DNA from: a bacterium | Lineage (GTDB): Bacteria > Krumholzibacteriota > Krumholzibacteriia > LZORAL124-64-63 | NCBI GenBank assembly: GCA_031441465.1 | Contig: JANOEP010000065.1 | Span: forward strand, 1 to 11,153 | Reading direction: 5' to 3' | DNA length: 11,153 bases | Part shown: one piece after another, positions 8,141 through 11,153 of the stretch | Numbering within the stretch: position 1 is the stretch's first letter | Layout: each line of letters begins with the position of its first letter | Translations under genes and position numbers: made by a program | The notes under the pieces: model-generated | Databases searched by the model: none | Told to the model about the DNA's origin: nothing | What the model saw: the letters and a program-made list of their open reading frames with translations, nothing else

Positions 8141-8500
8141 ATGCCGCACCGGATCACCAAGACCTTCACCTTCGACGCCGCCCACTGGCTGCCCCGCGTC
8201 CCGGAAGGGCACAAGTGCGGCCGCCTGCACGGTCACACCTACAGCATCACGATCGCGGTGGAGGGCGAGGTCGACCCGGATTCGGGCTGGATCGTGGATT
8301 TCGGGGACATCAAGGCCGCCTTCAAGCCCATCGAGAAGCGCCTGGACCACTATTGCCTCAACGACATCGAGGGCCTCGAGAACCCGACGGCGGAGGTCAT
8401 GGCCCGCTGGATCTACGAGCAGGTCAGCGGCGCCCTGCCCCAGGTCTGCGAGGTGACGGTCTGCGAGACGGCGAACACCTCGGCCGTCTACCGGCCCTAG
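8141..8500 (+). CDS. queD: 6-carboxy-5,6,7,8-tetrahydropterin synthase (6-pyruvoyl-tetrahydropterin synthase family)
   Basis: FDAAHWL, C-x3-HGH motif (HKCGRLHGHTY), IVDFGDIK, LDHYCLND, ENPTAE and VCET. Strong SD. 119 aa. Confidence 0.93.
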   Translation: MPHRITKTFTFDAAHWLPRVPEGHKCGRLHGHTYSITIAVEGEVDPDSGWIVDFGDIKAAFKPIEKRLDHYCLNDIEGLENPTAEVMARWIYEQVSGALPQVCEVTVCETANTSAVYRP

Positions 8501-8515
8501 CGGGATGACCGCCGT

Positions 8516-10540
8516 TCACCGCGGATGGGCGGCGAGCCAGGCGCGCGCCCGCGCGTCGGCGGGCTGCGCCTGCAGCAACCGCTGGTAGGCCTCCCGGGCC
8601 TCCTCGACGCGGCCGGCCCGGTCGCGGATCTCCGCCAGATTGCCCCAAGCCTGCCAGTAACCCGGTTCACGGCCCAGGACCTCACGGAAGACCGGCTCCG
8701 CTTCCTGGTCACGCCCCAACTGCACGAGCGCCAGCCCCGAGCCGAAGAGGGCCTGGATGTCGCCGTCGCGGCGGGCGATCTGCTGGAAGCGGCGCAGCGC
8801 GCCGCCGGCGTCGCCGCGTTGCAGCAGCACCCAGGCTTCGCCCAGCTGTGCGCGGGGATCGTCGGGGTAGGAACGCAGGGCGATCTCGTAGTGCGCCGCC
8901 GCCTCGTCCAGACGACCCGCCGCCAGCAGGAGTTCGCCGAGCCAGAGCCGCCCCGCTTGGACTTCGGGCGCGAGATCGACCCATTCCCTCGCCAGGCGCA
9001 GCGCCTCGTCGTCGCGCCCCTCGCGCCGGCGCAGCCCGAGGAACGACTCGTAGAGGTTGTCGCGGATCAGGTCGAAGTGCGGCTGCGGCGTGCGGCGCTG
9101 GATGTCGAGCGCGGCGGCGTACTCGCGCCCGGCGTCCTCGAGGTTGCCCTTGTCGAGCCAGGCGTTGCCCAGCGTGAAATGATGGAAGGGGTTGGTCTCG
9201 GTGCGATGCTCGCGGAACGTGGCCAGGTCGCTCAGCGCGACGGCCGCCAGCAGCGCCGCGACCGCCGGTCCGACCAAGCCGTGCTTCCAGCGCCGGCCGC
9301 GCAGGGCGGTCCACAACGCGTCGGCGCCGGCCCCCGCGGGGATCGTCAGCAGGGCGGCGACCGGCAGTCGGAAGCGCGCGTTGACGAAGAAGAGCAGGAT
9401 CGAAAGCGAGTAGAGGGCCGTCACGCCCAGCGTCAAGCGGCGCGTGCCTGGAGCGCCGTCGCGCCGGCACCAGCCCAGGGCCCCCAGCACGAGCACGACC
9501 GTCCAGCCCGGCCAGATCGGCAGGCGCAGCAGCGGCGACCACTCGCGCCAGGCGTAGATGTACTTGTCGTTGGAACGCTCGCCCTCGGCCAGCAGCAAGC
9601 GCAGCTTGGTCCCGAACAGCCCGAGCGCGGCGAGCGGCTCGCGGCTCCAGAAGGACAGGCCGCGGCGCAGGAACCAGCGATCGACCTCCGACGGCTTCAG
9701 GTCGCGGCCAGCGTCCTGCTCGGCCATCGCGATCGCGTCGTCGTAGCCGCCCTGCCAGGTCGGCCGCGTGCCGGGCACGATCGCCGTGCGGCCGTCCGAC
9801 TCGCCGTTGTTCCCGATGAAGAAATTGACGCCGCCCTGGGTCGCGATCGGCACCAGATCGTGGCCGCGCACGACGTTGGAAACGGTGACCGGCAGGATCG
9901 GCAGCAACATCCCGATCGCCGCCGCGGCCCAACCGCGGGCCGACGGCCGCGGGGCGACGCCGCGCAGCAGGTACCAGACGACGGCGGGCACGACGATCAG
10001 GATGTTGGGCCGCGCGATCGCCGACAACCCCAGCACCAGGCCCGCGAGTCCGAGCCGGCGCCAATCCGGACGCCCGGCGGGCCGGTCCGCGAGCAGCCAG
10101 AGCAGCAGCAGGTTCAGCGTCACCGGCAAGGTCTCCAGCAACAATTCCGCCGAGTAATAGATGCTCGTCCAGAGGCTGGCGTAGAGCAGGCCGGCCAGCC
10201 AGCCCGCGCGCCGGTTCCAGAGGCGGTCGGCGGTCAGGGCCGCCAGTCCCGCGCCGAGCGCCGAGATCAGACCCTGGACGGCCAGGACGGGCAAGAAAGC
10301 GCCGCCGAACACGGCGTAGAGACCCGCGAGCAGGTACATGTACAGAGGAGCGCGGAAGAAGGGCTCCGGACCAGGCCAGGTGCCGGCCAGCAGTCCGCGG
10401 GCCCACTGGTCGTGGTACGCCGCGTCCATGATCGGCCGGTCGAAGAGGGGGTTATCCCGGATCAGCCACAGGTGGAGCAGGCGCAGAGCCAGCGCCGCGG
10501 CGACGCAGATCCAGAACAGACGTGCGCGATCGCTCCTCAT
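8516..10540 (-). CDS. Polytopic GT-C (PMT/GT39-like) glycosyltransferase fused to C-terminal TPR repeats
   Basis: First TM helix is followed by an acidic loop (PIMDAAYHDQWA), then FFRAPLYMYLLA, many TM segments, RPN, GGVNFFIGNN and FFVNARFRLP. The C-terminal roughly 200 aa form TPR-like repeats (HFTLGNAWLDKG, WLGELLLAAGRLDEA, AWGNLAEIRDRAGRVEEA). ATG 10540 has a GGAGGG SD and an ATGA overlap with the upstream gene. 674 aa. Confidence 0.8.
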   Translation of the reverse strand: MRSDRARLFWICVAAALALRLLHLWLIRDNPLFDRPIMDAAYHDQWARGLLAGTWPGPEPFFRAPLYMYLLAGLYAVFGGAFLPVLAVQGLISALGAGLAALTADRLWNRRAGWLAGLLYASLWTSIYYSAELLLETLPVTLNLLLLWLLADRPAGRPDWRRLGLAGLVLGLSAIARPNILIVVPAVVWYLLRGVAPRPSARGWAAAAIGMLLPILPVTVSNVVRGHDLVPIATQGGVNFFIGNNGESDGRTAIVPGTRPTWQGGYDDAIAMAEQDAGRDLKPSEVDRWFLRRGLSFWSREPLAALGLFGTKLRLLLAEGERSNDKYIYAWREWSPLLRLPIWPGWTVVLVLGALGWCRRDGAPGTRRLTLGVTALYSLSILLFFVNARFRLPVAALLTIPAGAGADALWTALRGRRWKHGLVGPAVAALLAAVALSDLATFREHRTETNPFHHFTLGNAWLDKGNLEDAGREYAAALDIQRRTPQPHFDLIRDNLYESFLGLRRREGRDDEALRLAREWVDLAPEVQAGRLWLGELLLAAGRLDEAAAHYEIALRSYPDDPRAQLGEAWVLLQRGDAGGALRRFQQIARRDGDIQALFGSGLALVQLGRDQEAEPVFREVLGREPGYWQAWGNLAEIRDRAGRVEEAREAYQRLLQAQPADARARAWLAAHPR

Positions 10541-11153
10541 CGCTTCCCTCCGGTGCGCACGCGCTCGACCGCCGTGCCCGGGAGCCAGCCGTTCCACTCG
10601 CCGCCGAGCGCGACCTGGCACCAACCCGCCCGTTCCCCGCGGATCTGCAGCGCCAGTCCGTCGTGGACCTGGAACACGACCGGGAACGTCGCGTCCGGTC
10701 CGCTGCGCACTTCGGCTTCGGCGGCGACCACCACCGCATGGTCCAGGACCCGCTCGTCATACCATCTCCAGGTCACGACCGCGATCAGGACCGACACCAG
10801 GCAGAGCGCCGCCAGCCAAGCCCGGCGCGACCACGGCGTGAAGCCCCCGCGCCAGAAGGCCCAGCCGACGATCAACGCCGTGAGCCAGACGGTGACCGTC
10901 AGCAACCGGCTCCATTCGTCCAACGACAGGCTCCGCAGGGCCGCGGCCGCGAGGCGCAACGGCGGCGGCGTCGGTGTGCCTTGCAGTTCCTGGTCGCGGG
11001 TGTGCCCGCGGACCCAGGCGAGGTTGGAACGCGCATCGGCGTCACGGGGCGCGGCGCGCAGCGCGCGCTGGTAGTTGACGATGGCCTTGCCCAGTTCGCC
11101 GCGGCGCGCGTGGGCGGTGGCCAGGTTGTAGCAGGCCACCGGGTCGCCCGTCG
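10537..11153 (-). CDS. BatE-like TPR / two-TM / SH3b-domain protein, 5'-truncated by the window edge
   Basis: TPR YNLATAHARRGELGKAIVNYQRALRAAPRDADARSNL, two TM helices, and SH3b-like VRSGPDATFPVVFQVHDG...GWCQVALGGEWNGWLP. The frame stays open to the window end (...TGDPVACYN). Confidence 0.75.
   Translation of the reverse strand, partial: TGDPVACYNLATAHARRGELGKAIVNYQRALRAAPRDADARSNLAWVRGHTRDQELQGTPTPPPLRLAAAALRSLSLDEWSRLLTVTVWLTALIVGWAFWRGGFTPWSRRAWLAALCLVSVLIAVVTWRWYDERVLDHAVVVAAEAEVRSGPDATFPVVFQVHDGLALQIRGERAGWCQVALGGEWNGWLPGTAVERVRTGGKR

Noticed and set aside
6639..8456. 605-aa plus-strand ORF
   Set aside because: Antisense to the HDOD gene and out of frame with queD, with no motifs.
5828..8500. 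tdk plus queD as a phage-like DNA-modification (7-deazaguanine) or horizontally acquired island
   Set aside because: No dpdA/tgt, folE, queE/queC, integrase or phage genes are present. Both genes keep strongly G/C-ending codons like their neighbours and are separated by the HDOD gene.
8525..11074. 849-aa plus-strand ORF
   Set aside because: Antisense shadow of the GT-C/TPR and BatE-like genes, with no recognisable domain.

Overview
Very GC-rich bacterial chromosomal region with ten CDSs and no recognisable RNA genes, mobile elements or CRISPR arrays. On the minus strand, four genes are chained by ATGA/GTGA start-stop overlaps: a BtpA/SgcQ-family TIM-barrel protein, dTDP-glucose 4,6-dehydratase (rfbB/rmlB), a stand-alone B3/4 (PheRS-beta editing-like) protein and a lipoprotein gamma-glutamyltransferase. 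A secreted M28 peptidase-PDZ gene follows, apparently with its own promoter. This unit is divergent from thymidine kinase (tdk). Next is a GAF-like/HDOD signalling protein with a degenerate HD motif, preceded by a good sigma28 (FliA/WhiG)-type promoter and divergent from an orphan queD. The right end holds a GT-C (PMT/GT39-like) membrane glycosyltransferase-TPR gene coupled to a 5'-truncated BatE-like TPR-TM-SH3 gene. The most notable signals are the coupled btpA-rmlB-B3/4-ggt operon, its probable leaderless promoter with an embedded inverted repeat, and the back-to-back sigma28/sigma70 promoters separated by a perfect palindrome. All family calls come from motif recognition by eye; no searches were run.
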